Translations under genes and position numbers: made by a program | In this document: one piece after another, positions 20,486-30,300 of the stretch | Layout: each line of letters opens with the position of its first letter | Numbering within the stretch: position 1 is the stretch's first letter | Virus record (IMG/VR): IMGVR_UViG_3300027804_002812 | Coordinates: 32,001-96,000 of that record | Length of the DNA stretch: 64,000 bases | Direction: 5' to 3' (one strand) | Origin: a virus | Taxonomy: Duplodnaviria; Caudoviricetes | Notes under the pieces: generated by a model | What the model saw: only the letters and a program-made list of their open reading frames with translations | Database searches by the model: none | Told to the model about the DNA's origin: nothing

Positions 20486-21433
20486 TTAAAAATCAGAATC
20501 AAATGATAACTCTTCGTTTAGTTTCGCTTTTTGGTATTCCATTGTTCTTGATTCAAAGAAGTTACCCTTCGTTTCAACTGCAATCTGTTCCATAAACTTG
20601 AATGGTTGTTCAACATTAAACTCTTTTTTACATCCGAATTTAACCAACAATCCATCAGTAACGAACTCTAAATATTGTTTCATAAGATTGGAGTTCATAC
20701 CAATAAGTGAAACAGGTAATGATTCTGTGATGAATTCTTTTTCAATCTCCAATGCAGATAATAAGATTTCTTTGATTCTTTTCTCTGATGGTTTATTTTC
20801 CAAGTGGTTATTAACCAAGTGAATTGCAAAGTCGCAGTGAAGATTCTCATCTTTGAAAATCAAACTGTTTGCGTTACACAAACCTTGCATGATACCTCTT
20901 GATTTCAACCAAAAAATTGAACAGAAAGACCCTGAGAAGAAGATACCTTCAACCGCCGCAAAGGCAATAAGTCTTTCTTGGAAGGTTGAATTTTGAATCC
21001 AATCCAACGCCCACTTTGCTTTCTTTTGAACTGCAGGTAGGTTATCCAAAGCAGTGAAACAAAGTTGTTTTTCTTTTTCATTTGAAATGTATGTGTCAAT
21101 CAATAATGAATACATCAAACTATGAATGTTCTCCATCATCAACTGAAATCCATAGAAAAATTTAGCTTCAGGATATTGTACTTCTTTCACGAAGTTTTCT
21201 GCAAGATTTTCATTAACGATACCATCAGAAGCCGCGAAAAATGATAAAATATTTTTAATAAAATATTGTTCATTTTCTGTTAGATTATTCCAATCTCTAA
21301 TATCGTTAGTTAAATCTACTTCTTCAGCCGTCCAAAAAGCAGCTTGGTGTTGTTTGTAAAATTCCCAAATGTCATTGTGCTCAATGGGGAATATAACGAA
21401 TCTATTGGGATTCTCTACTAAAATTTTTTCCAT
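20486..21433 (-). CDS. nrdB: Ribonucleoside-diphosphate reductase beta subunit (class Ia)
   Basis: [27 protein letters not shown] (radical Tyr), [16 protein letters not shown] and NFFE..EY motifs. Confidence 0.97.
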   Translation of the reverse strand: MEKILVENPNRFVIFPIEHNDIWEFYKQHQAAFWTAEEVDLTNDIRDWNNLTENEQYFIKNILSFFAASDGIVNENLAENFVKEVQYPEAKFFYGFQLMMENIHSLMYSLLIDTYISNEKEKQLCFTALDNLPAVQKKAKWALDWIQNSTFQERLIAFAAVEGIFFSGSFCSIFWLKSRGIMQGLCNANSLIFKDENLHCDFAIHLVNNHLENKPSEKRIKEILLSALEIEKEFITESLPVSLIGMNSNLMKQYLEFVTDGLLVKFGCKKEFNVEQPFKFMEQIAVETKGNFFESRTMEYQKAKLNEELSFDSDF

Positions 21434-21447
21434 AATAATTGTGTGTT

Positions 21448-22833
21448 TTATAATTGTTGTCTTTGTTGTTCTTCTTTTTGTTTCCTTTTCTCCATCAACT
21501 CTTTGACTCTGTCTCTCTTCTTCTCTTCTTGTTGTTCTTCGAATCCTAAGAACGTAACTGAACTTTCTGTATCAATCTCAAGAAGTTCATTGTTGAACTT
21601 ACAATTTTCGAATACAACCCCATCTTTCCCAAGACGTGATTTTGTAATCGCTATTGTTGCCAGATTCATTTCTTTTTGTTGGAGTGTTTTTGCCACCGTA
21701 ATAATAACGTGCCCAACTTGAGCCTTCTTAATTGACCCTCCCATTTGGTCAGTAGTAACTACTTCTGAAGAAATGGAACTTCTATTCCCTTGAGTCGCAG
21801 TCCAACCAACTAAGTTAAGTTCGTGACACATCGCTTCAAATCCTCTCATTACCGAACCCTCCGCCTTCCACTCATCCTTAGAAGATGATTCTGGTAATAC
21901 ACAATCAATATAATCTAACATAATCATATCAATTTTGTTTCCATCTGCAATCATTTTTCTAACCTGATTTTTAAGTTGATTCATTGTCATAGTATCAGAT
22001 GCCAATTTCTTTAATACAAGTTTATTTTTCATTGTTTCTTGTACTTCAGTAATTTTTGACATAACTTCTTCTTTATGATGTGCCAACTCATCAGGTGGAA
22101 TACCTGTCCAAATCGTAAAGTGTTTCCTCTGAACAATCTTTGGATTGTCCTCAAAGAATACTTGGAGAACATTATAACCCAAATTGAATGCAGTATTTGC
22201 AATCTTGGTCAAGATGGTTGTCTTACCTACACCAGTTGGTGCAAGGATTACACCTATCTCACCCTTAGCCAAACCGCCCTTAAGTAGTTTATCAATACCT
22301 GGTATACCCATAGGTATTGGGTGTCTATAATCCTCATCTAATACTGTCTCCAAGTCCGAGAAAATATCTGTTTGACCTTTCTCTATTTCACCAACCTGTA
22401 AAGCCTCTCTAACTAACCCCTCCACTTTATCATAAGATTCAAAATCACCTTGAGTGATGATTTTTTGAGCCTTATCCATAGCCTTCTGAAGTTCTTGTTG
22501 TTTACAGAATTTCAAAGCCTTTTCTTGGACAAACTGTGTTCCTTCGAATGGAGCGTCTTTAACTTGTTTGAGTGTATCTAAAACAATTTTAGCGACTAAT
22601 TCTTGAGAAACTTCAGACTTGACAATTTGTTCGAGAGTTTCGAAGTTAGGGGTTGATTCATACTTTACATAGTATTCCTTAATCATCTGTAAAAGGATTT
22701 TGAAATACTTGTTATCAAAGTATGTTGACTCGATGACATCAAGAATAGACGATGAAAAGTCTTTATCTACCACAATCTGATTCAATAGTTGAATCTGGAA
22801 AGTGTTCCCTAAGTAATCGAAATTTTTGTTCAT
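21448..22833 (-). CDS. dnaB: Replicative DNA helicase (DnaB / T4 gp41-like)
   Basis: Walker [25 protein letters not shown] and SRLG motifs. Confidence 0.92.
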   Translation of the reverse strand: MNKNFDYLGNTFQIQLLNQIVVDKDFSSSILDVIESTYFDNKYFKILLQMIKEYYVKYESTPNFETLEQIVKSEVSQELVAKIVLDTLKQVKDAPFEGTQFVQEKALKFCKQQELQKAMDKAQKIITQGDFESYDKVEGLVREALQVGEIEKGQTDIFSDLETVLDEDYRHPIPMGIPGIDKLLKGGLAKGEIGVILAPTGVGKTTILTKIANTAFNLGYNVLQVFFEDNPKIVQRKHFTIWTGIPPDELAHHKEEVMSKITEVQETMKNKLVLKKLASDTMTMNQLKNQVRKMIADGNKIDMIMLDYIDCVLPESSSKDEWKAEGSVMRGFEAMCHELNLVGWTATQGNRSSISSEVVTTDQMGGSIKKAQVGHVIITVAKTLQQKEMNLATIAITKSRLGKDGVVFENCKFNNELLEIDTESSVTFLGFEEQQEEKKRDRVKELMEKRKQKEEQQRQQL

Positions 22834-22868
22834 ATATTTGTAATGCTCCCCTGTGTATTATTAAATAC

Positions 22869-23321
22869 TCACTTACTCAAATCAAAATCCAAATATTGAT
22901 AACTTAATCTTTGTTCTGAAAAAATGTCAGTTAATTCTCTAAGAATGTCTTTCAAAAATGGTCGTACGTCAACGGTATAACGAACTTTGGGTGGAAAATA
23001 TTTTCCATCAAAAATTCTATGACAAATTGTCGTGTCTCCATTTTTAACGAAGATGTTAAAGATTTCTGGTCCGTCAGTATAAGAGGTATCCATAACTGAT
23101 GGGTCATGCATAATAGATTCACTATTATCCGTCATGTAAATAACAGTCTTCATTTTCAAATGATACTGTAGGTCATCTTTAATCTCATTAATGAGGTCAT
23201 AGAATTCAATTGAGTTTTTTGCCTTTGGATTGTAACCTCTAACATTGAAATACCTTTGAACAACAATGTTGTCGTTAAGGGTTAGAAGAAATTCCATTTT
23301 AGTGCTGTCTTGCTCTTTCAT
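22869..23321 (-). CDS. Hypothetical protein between exonuclease and helicase
   Basis: Start moved to MKEQ at 23321, just after the exonuclease stop; about 150 aa with no recognisable motif. Confidence 0.6.
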   Translation of the reverse strand: MKEQDSTKMEFLLTLNDNIVVQRYFNVRGYNPKAKNSIEFYDLINEIKDDLQYHLKMKTVIYMTDNSESIMHDPSVMDTSYTDGPEIFNIFVKNGDTTICHRIFDGKYFPPKVRYTVDVRPFLKDILRELTDIFSEQRLSYQYLDFDLSK

Positions 23322-23329
23322 AAAGTTTT

Positions 23330-24331
23330 TTAATTTTTGTTTGTGTTTCGTTTTTCTTTTCGTGTAAGTTTCATAAATGGTCGGAGGAAATTTACCCAAG
23401 CCTCATCATTCTTGGGTAGGTACTTGAAGAGTCCGTCCTCCATCATCATTCTCATCAAGTTTTTGTATCCACGGTCGGTGGGGTCTATTGTGTCTGTATG
23501 TATCTGTTCCACAAGTTCTTTCCCATCTTCAGTGATTAAAGGATTGTGTAGATCCACGATTTTTTTGTTTGTTTCGAAGAACTGTTCTCCAAATGTACCA
23601 CTTTTAGTTTTACCAATCAAAATGTTTTCTAAAGCCTTTGGTTTTTTCTTTTGCTCTATATTTCGTGCGTTATCTAATATTTCCTCGATAGTACATAATT
23701 TTTCCAAAATCTGAGGGAATAATTTGACTAAAGTTTTTTCACCCAACATTTCAATACCATCTATATTGTCAGACTTGTCCCCCGTCAAAATTTTGGTTAA
23801 TAAGACATTTTGATGGGGTATGTTGACCTTGTTAATAGTAATCATATCTCCATACCTATAATATTGTTTAGAGGTCGGAGAATAGATTGTAACTCGTTCT
23901 GATATAAGTTGGGTTAAGTCTTTGTCTGCGGAAAATATAATAATTTCCTCATCAACAGAAATCTTGGTATAGTAAGCAATTAGGTCATCTGCTTCATTGT
24001 TTATCATTTCAACCTGACGCACAAAGATTTCTTCAAGATATTGTTTAACTCTCGATTTTTGTTGAAGATATGACTCGTACTTATACTCGTTCATATCTTG
24101 CCGACGATTTGCTTTATATTGAGGATAAATGGATTTCCGTATAGATGAGTTGGAGTTTCCATCCCAAAAGACCACAACCTTATCATGATTGTGTTCTTCC
24201 AAAAACTTTCTTAAGATGTTTATAAAATGGTAGATTCCACCTAAGTGGTCTCCACCATTGTACAACTCTTTTACTCCATGAAATCCTATTTTGAACAGAT
24301 TATCTCCGTCCACTAATAATGTTTTAATCAC
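23330..24331 (-). CDS. 5'-3' exonuclease / flap endonuclease (PolA N-terminal, T4 RNase H-like)
   Basis: LLVDGDN, YKANR, EADDLIA, SADKDLTQL and GDKSDNIDG..GEKT motifs; GTG start. Confidence 0.93.
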   Translation of the reverse strand: MIKTLLVDGDNLFKIGFHGVKELYNGGDHLGGIYHFINILRKFLEEHNHDKVVVFWDGNSNSSIRKSIYPQYKANRRQDMNEYKYESYLQQKSRVKQYLEEIFVRQVEMINNEADDLIAYYTKISVDEEIIIFSADKDLTQLISERVTIYSPTSKQYYRYGDMITINKVNIPHQNVLLTKILTGDKSDNIDGIEMLGEKTLVKLFPQILEKLCTIEEILDNARNIEQKKKPKALENILIGKTKSGTFGEQFFETNKKIVDLHNPLITEDGKELVEQIHTDTIDPTDRGYKNLMRMMMEDGLFKYLPKNDEAWVNFLRPFMKLTRKEKRNTNKN

Positions 24332-24360
24332 AACTCGTGATTTTAATGTGAAACAATAAA

Positions 24361-25362
24361 CTAGTCTTCTTTTTCTTCTTTCAAGGTAAAGTCACCATCA
24401 GAACCGATAATATCTTTCCAATAATCGGCGTATTCTTTTTTGTAAGCTTCAATGGATGTCTTTTCTTCTGAAGCTTCTTTACCCGCTAAAAATCCATGTG
24501 GCGTTACGATAATTTTCCCATCTTCGTATCCCAATCCATTGATGTGGTTTTTCAATACAGACACTTTAGTTCTTGTTGCAAACTTAACACTTCTCTTGTC
24601 TTTTGTTGCAGTAATCTTGTTAGTTCCCGCTCCTTTTTGGTTACCAAATAAAAATACCAAAGATGAGTTTAACCAAATTGCCTCACCACCTTTTGCCTTA
24701 ATTTTTGGTTGACCAAAAGGATTATCAGGAAGTTCAACCCAAGGCTGATTAACAATAACCAAAGTGTTTTCATATTTTGAATCCGCTTTACGCGAACCTG
24801 AAATACGTTGATTAATACCCATACCAATTTTGTCCGCTAAAGTAGAAGCGTTGTGTTGTTTACCACCTTTACCCTCAAAGGTCATCTTACATGGAACGGA
24901 ACCAACAGAATCCCAAAGGAACAATAAACTATAATCCAATTCACCTTTCTCTTGAGCATCTAACAAACTATTGATGTAGTCGGTTATCTGTTCGATGTAA
25001 TCAAAGTTGTTATTGAAGATATAGAATCCATCCCAATCCAATTCTCCTGTTTCCTCATCAACAATTTCCTCACATTGAAAACCCATCAACTTGGCGTGCT
25101 CAAAACTCCACTTTTGTTCTGTAATAATAAACACAGGAAGAATACCTTTCTTTTGAGCATCAACCGCAGTCTTTACCAACGCAGTAGTCTTACCTGTATC
25201 AGAATGGCCCAAGAACATATTAAGATGTCCAATGGCTGGACCAGGAAGTCCTACGGCGTCCAAAAAGTCAGGACCTAAATCAAAAAATCTTTGAGGTTTA
25301 TATTTTGCCGAAGTTGAGAATTTTTTCTTCAAACTTTCGAAGTCGTTTTTTTTAATAGCCAT
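24361..25362 (-). CDS. uvsX: RecA/UvsX recombinase
   Basis: Walker A GHSDTGKT, Walker B LWDSVG, VIVNQ, GGEA and VLKNH motifs; next to gp32. Confidence 0.9.
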   Translation of the reverse strand: MAIKKNDFESLKKKFSTSAKYKPQRFFDLGPDFLDAVGLPGPAIGHLNMFLGHSDTGKTTALVKTAVDAQKKGILPVFIITEQKWSFEHAKLMGFQCEEIVDEETGELDWDGFYIFNNNFDYIEQITDYINSLLDAQEKGELDYSLLFLWDSVGSVPCKMTFEGKGGKQHNASTLADKIGMGINQRISGSRKADSKYENTLVIVNQPWVELPDNPFGQPKIKAKGGEAIWLNSSLVFLFGNQKGAGTNKITATKDKRSVKFATRTKVSVLKNHINGLGYEDGKIIVTPHGFLAGKEASEEKTSIEAYKKEYADYWKDIIGSDGDFTLKEEKED

Positions 25363-25375
25363 AAGGAATGTGAGT

Positions 25376-25406
25376 AAAACTCGGACACTAAAATAGTATC
25401 CGAGTT
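25376..25406 (-). terminator. Intrinsic terminator or attenuator between gp32 and uvsX
   Basis: Minus-strand AACUCGGAUACUA-UUU-UAGUGUCCGAGUU: 13-bp stem with one G.U pair, ending in a short U-run. Confidence 0.7.
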
Positions 25407-25417
25407 AAGTTGTTTAA

Positions 25418-26266
25418 TTAGAATGGTAAATCTGATGATGGTTCGTCGTCCATCTGCGGATCTACGTATGAGGACTTTTTGGAACCTCCACCGAATGATT
25501 CAGTTTCAACTGAACTGTCACCATAAACGTAACCACCTTTTTCAGAGTCCCACTTAGGAGTTTCTCCTCTTGCGATTGCTTCAAGATAATCAACAGGTTT
25601 TTTGGAGTAAACGTCCATCCATGTCAATTCATCTTCAATCCAAGCCTTTGCTTGTTGTTTGTCTTCATGTACAGGAGCAGGATCGTCATACATAATAGTT
25701 GACACTGTTGTATATTCTTTACCCTTAGGAGTTTTTGCTTTAGCAAGTTCAATGACTAAGTCACGTCCTTTTTCAGGGTCAGTAATATCTCCTTTGTTTC
25801 TCCAAATAGGAATAATTTTGTCAAGGATTCCATCATTCTTGAAGTTGTGTTTGAATCTCCAAAACTTTGGACCATCTTCCTCGTGGTCTCTATCAATTAC
25901 TTTCACAATATAGAATTTTCGTGAACGATACTGAGCCGCCAATAATTTATCAGACTCTTTACCTGTAGACATCAATTCTTCGTAAACCTCATTCAAAGGT
26001 GAACGTTCGTTGTCATTTTTTCCTGGATCGTAGAATTTCTGCCACTGTCCACCCACTTGAATTTCGTGGTACCACGCTTCTTTGAATGGTGATGAACCAT
26101 CTGGTGTAGGGAGAATTCTAACTCTTCTCTGTCCTGATTTCTCTTTATCTCCTAAGATTAAAGCGAAATACTTTTTCATTCTTTCGTCTTGCGACATTTT
26201 TGATTGGGCCCCGCCCCCTTGCTGATTTTTTTCGTACTGTGCCAATACGGCGTCTAATGAACTCAT
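25418..26266 (-). CDS. Single-stranded DNA-binding protein, T4 gp32-like
   Basis: RVRILP, WYH, FYIVKVIDR, DITDPEKGRDL motifs and an acidic tail ending DDEPSSDLPF; located in the recombination block. Confidence 0.85.
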   Translation of the reverse strand: MSSLDAVLAQYEKNQQGGGAQSKMSQDERMKKYFALILGDKEKSGQRRVRILPTPDGSSPFKEAWYHEIQVGGQWQKFYDPGKNDNERSPLNEVYEELMSTGKESDKLLAAQYRSRKFYIVKVIDRDHEEDGPKFWRFKHNFKNDGILDKIIPIWRNKGDITDPEKGRDLVIELAKAKTPKGKEYTTVSTIMYDDPAPVHEDKQQAKAWIEDELTWMDVYSKKPVDYLEAIARGETPKWDSEKGGYVYGDSSVETESFGGGSKKSSYVDPQMDDEPSSDLPF

Positions 26267-26303
26267 AGTTTTTTTTAAGAATTAAAATGATAAATTATAT
26301 AGA

Positions 26304-26334
26304 CAAAGATAACTAAAAGTTTGAATAAGTCAAA
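26304..26334 (-). promoter_or_regulatory. Bacteroidota primary-sigma promoter driving the SSB/recombination/replication block
   Basis: Minus strand TTTG-ACTTATTCAAACTTTTAGT (19 nt)-TATCTTTG, an exact fit to the Bacteroidota -33/-7 consensus TTTG-N19-21-TAnnTTTG. Confidence 0.8.
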
Positions 26335-26335
26335 C

Positions 26336-26361
26336 AAAAAAGGTACCCGAAGGTACCTTTC
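26336..26361 (-). terminator. Intrinsic terminator with cUUCGg tetraloop
   Basis: AAAGGUACC-UUCG-GGUACCUUU followed by further U residues, just after the 225 aa gene. Confidence 0.85.
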
Positions 26362-26378
26362 AAACGTTTCGTTCAGTT

Positions 26379-27056
26379 TTATCTGAATGATGTTTTGTAA
26401 ACTTCATTATCTAATCCACCACCAGGTTGGAAGGAATTTTTAATGTCGTTTACATTAATATCAGTAACTTCGTCTGCAGTTAAAACATAATCATTTTTTC
26501 CTGTCTTTTCCATTTCTTCTGACTTATCATCAAAAAATTGTGAAAGTTTTTGACTGAATGGATAAGAGTCATATGTTCTTAACTCTAACTTTTCTTGTGG
26601 AGTTTTTTCTCTATATTTTTCAATCTTATTCTCAAGAGAGTTAAGTTTGTTCATGATGTTATCCATCTCACCTAACTTAGATTGTAAATCATTAAGTTGA
26701 TTGAACAAGTTATTAAAATACTCTTCTTGTTTGATTTCTATATTTTTTTGTGAATCAACCAATTCAGTTATATCTAATTCTTCCGTACCACTTTCTCCCG
26801 TCGCTTCTTCTGATTCACCTTCATCATCAATCTTCTCAACGTCAGGGTCTGATTCAACATCAATAGGTTGTGGTTCATTTGTCGGAGCAGGTGGAGGTGT
26901 TGCCTCTGCAGGTGCAGGTGCTGCCTCAGCTCCAGGTACTGGTGCCAATGCTCCTAATGCGTCCTCTTCAGGTGTTGCTCCTACTTGTTCTAAAATATAC
27001 TGATTGATTTTTCTGTGTCTTTCAATCTCCTTGATAATTTTTTTATCTAAACTCAT
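26379..27056 (-). CDS. Hypothetical acidic protein with Pro/Ala linker and coiled coil
   Basis: APVPGAEAAPAPAEATPPPAP linker, Glu/Asp-rich region, heptad-like LNDLQSKLGEMDNIMNKLNSLENKI. Confidence 0.65.
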   Translation of the reverse strand: MSLDKKIIKEIERHRKINQYILEQVGATPEEDALGALAPVPGAEAAPAPAEATPPPAPTNEPQPIDVESDPDVEKIDDEGESEEATGESGTEELDITELVDSQKNIEIKQEEYFNNLFNQLNDLQSKLGEMDNIMNKLNSLENKIEKYREKTPQEKLELRTYDSYPFSQKLSQFFDDKSEEMEKTGKNDYVLTADEVTDINVNDIKNSFQPGGGLDNEVYKTSFR

Positions 27057-27059
27057 TGG

Positions 27060-27284
27060 TTAGCCATTTAATAATGTTTTTATTCCGTTAGCGGTTTCTA
27101 CTCTAACTCTTCGGTTAGCTGTAGTTTGGTGTCCAGCTCTTTCGATAAGACCGTCTCTTTCTCTTACTGTGTAGCAATCACCAGTATCCAAGTCACAAAC
27201 TTGTTTGGTTCCGTCTCCATTGTCCTCCTGTGAAAATCTAACAGATTTACCAAGATAATTGTCTAATGCTGATTTAATGTTCAT
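27060..27284 (-). CDS. Small hypothetical protein (CDLDTGDC motif)
   Basis: 74 aa ORF preceded by TATTTATA. Confidence 0.6.
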   Translation of the reverse strand: MNIKSALDNYLGKSVRFSQEDNGDGTKQVCDLDTGDCYTVRERDGLIERAGHQTTANRRVRVETANGIKTLLNG

Positions 27285-27315
27285 AAGAATCTTTTTATAT
27301 AAATATGTTGTTATG

Positions 27316-30300
27316 TTATAAAGTAAATTTTTGGGAAGTTACTGTGAAGGTTGAACCTGGTGAATTAACATCAGTATAAGTCAAAATCATTTGGAACTCA
27401 CCCAATGCCTTTATTTCTAATATATTTGTATATTTTGTATCGGGTCCATTTGTTACAGTTGTATTCAATAGATTTAATTCAGGGAATCTTACAATTTTGG
27501 TTTGTGTTACAGTCAAGTTTGTAGTTGGGGTAAATTGGAAAGTGTAGTATCCTCCATTTGGTTTTACAACATTGTAATAACTATTTCCCATATAATTTGG
27601 CAGTTCACCTGAATTGGTGTCGGATACTAAAATAATTTTTCCAATTCCTGATGGAGATTGTTGTGGTACATTTACCACAAATTCATAATTTAATGGTTCA
27701 TTTTTAGGATTTTTTGTCCTGTCGTCAGGTATTGCCGTCAAAGTAATATTAACAACCGCTTTTATGTTTTCAGATTTGAATTCATCAAGATTCAACAAAG
27801 TACTCATTTGTTGTTTATTTATAGAAAATTCTTGTTGGTCTTGTGAAACAAAGTTTTCAAGTTTTTGATTATTTTGTTCCTTAATCACTTCCTCTTTTAG
27901 AACATTATTTGGGCCGACAATTAATTTATAAATGGTATAACTGTAAACATTGGTTTCACTAATTTTCCACCCTTGTACCTGAGGATTTATTCTCACATCT
28001 AACTCCAAAGTATTACCCAATTCGTCTCTAAATATTTCATAGATAAAAGGTAACTCTCCAGTATTTTGTGGATTAATATTTATACCAACAATATTCTGTT
28101 GTGAAGTAGTCAGTTGTTGTTGAGTATTAGTATTTGCATATCCTCCTGGTGATGATGTTGTGGTATTCTCCAGTGCCGAATTAAATGTAAAATCAACCAA
28201 ACTTTCGAAGGTTCCGAATTCAGTAATGACGGTGATTCTTCCTGTTGCAACATTTTGTCCTTCAGGGATTTGAATTTCAGGTAGAATAAATCTTAATGTT
28301 TCAGAATTGAACACTGTGATATCCTTCAACTCAACATCTTTATCAATTACTCTGATTGATTTCAAAGACTCAAAATTTCTACCGTTCACTTGAACAATCG
28401 TACCTGTAAATCCAGCAGATGGTGAGAATGTAGATAAAACTGGTGGTGGACAAGTTTGACCAATAGTTGGAGTTACAGTTGGTGTTTGTTCTTGGTTTCC
28501 GTTGTTTTCATTATTTTCAATATCTTTAAGTATTTCGTTCTTTGTCTTCAATCCAGATTCCGCAGCCGAAGTTAAAGCCTTGTCAAATGTTTGTTTAGTC
28601 TGTAAAAATTCATCTTCATTTTCATCGTAGTATTCTTCGGAAATGTTATCCACAGGCCAATGACAAACATAATATTTTGATAATCCAAGTCGAGCGATTC
28701 TTCCAGTATCGACATTTTCTCGGAGTCTTCCAGCCATAAATTGGATATATTTGTCTAATGACTCAAAATGAGCAATTGGCTCTGAAGACGTGTTTTCCGG
28801 ATTAGTTCGTATGTTGATACAACTATATGTTTTTTGTAAAAGAGAAACTTGTCCAAACCAATCTTGACTTAAAGATAATGTCGCAAAATTATTATTCCAT
28901 CCATTGAACATACCAGCTCCAGTATTAGAAGCTTCTTGATAAGTTCTGATGTAAGAAATAGTATATATTGCAACTTGTAAATCAACATTATTAGGTATCA
29001 ATCTTCTCAATGCATTCGCAAAATCTTGTGGGGTCATTTCGGTTAATGTAGCATTGACCACTTCATATCCACCATTAGTGTACACAGGCGCAGTTATTTT
29101 TGAACTACATGAATTTGTCGTGTCTTTTGTGTTATCCGCCTGTTGTACAACTTGAGATGATTTAACATTATCAGTTGTTGCACTAATTTTTAGTTGGTCT
29201 TTATTTATCTTCAGTATCTCTTCTAACTTTGTAATCAAATTTTGATTAATACTTTGTAGGAAACTATCTATAGTCGGCAAATCAAAATAACCTTGTCTTG
29301 TTCCATCAAATGTAGTCTGAAATGACCCTTGTTGAATTGTATGAGTTACATCCGTAATTAAATATGGTCCATCAAACATAGGAACGTGCCGTAAATTAAA
29401 ATACATTGTAGGTTGTATTAACGCATTTCCCAAACTTGTTATCGAACATTTATATGACCTATTTTTATATAAGTTATATAAACTATTATTTTGTGTCGCT
29501 ATCTGTCTACCTGAAGCTTGATTTGCCATGTCAAGTTGAACATTAATCGATTCAGATGTTGCAACCCCGTTATCTTGCGAAACACTTAATGCATAAAAAA
29601 TGTTTTGATTTCTAATTCCAACATCGACGTTGAAACCAACACACTTGTTTGAAAGAGCCCAATCCTTTTTTCCCTGTTGGTCTTCTAACAACGGATTACC
29701 AGAAGATCTTCTCATCTCAAATGCATCATCTCTATATTTGGAATCTCCTTTAGGTAATTTCAAATATTGTGAAGGTTTTCCAGCATAAAAACAAACCATC
29801 TTTGGCCCCGAATTTCTATAATCAACATCTAAAAATGTTCCCCATAAATTATTTGCAAATTGTTCAGGTCTATCAAGTTTTGGAGTTGCGGTCACATCAA
29901 CATCTTGTATATTATAAAAATTTACATATGCGGGAAGTGGCATCACAACAAAATTATTTTTAATCAAAATACCACTTATAAAAGTGAAAACACTCATTGC
30001 TTGATTGAGTGAAAATTCTCCAGGAGTTTTACCTCCAACACCAAACATGTATTTCAAATCAAAAATATCGAGTAATATACTCTCACCAATATTTCTTGAT
30101 GCTCTATCCAAAAACAACATATCTTCAAATAGAGTTTTGGTTTTCCAATCCCCACCAGCTATCCACTTGTCATTCAATGCTTTGAAAACTTCATAATTTT
30201 CTACCTTACTTTGGTCTCCAGTGATAACACTATTAATTACACGTTCAGGTAATTGTACTTGGTCTGGTAAATCTTTCCTTAATCGACTCAAAACTCCATT

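Noticed and set aside
20486-21433. Idea that NrdB is a superoxide-activated class Id (Mn) subunit linked to the phage SOD
   Set aside because: The first metal ligand is Asp (FAASDG) and the radical Tyr is present, consistent with class Ia.
18041-22833. Possible inteins or introns in nrdA, nrdB and the helicase (also checked in the polymerase)
   Set aside because: Lengths are normal, motifs are contiguous, and no intein termini or LAGLIDADG blocks were seen.
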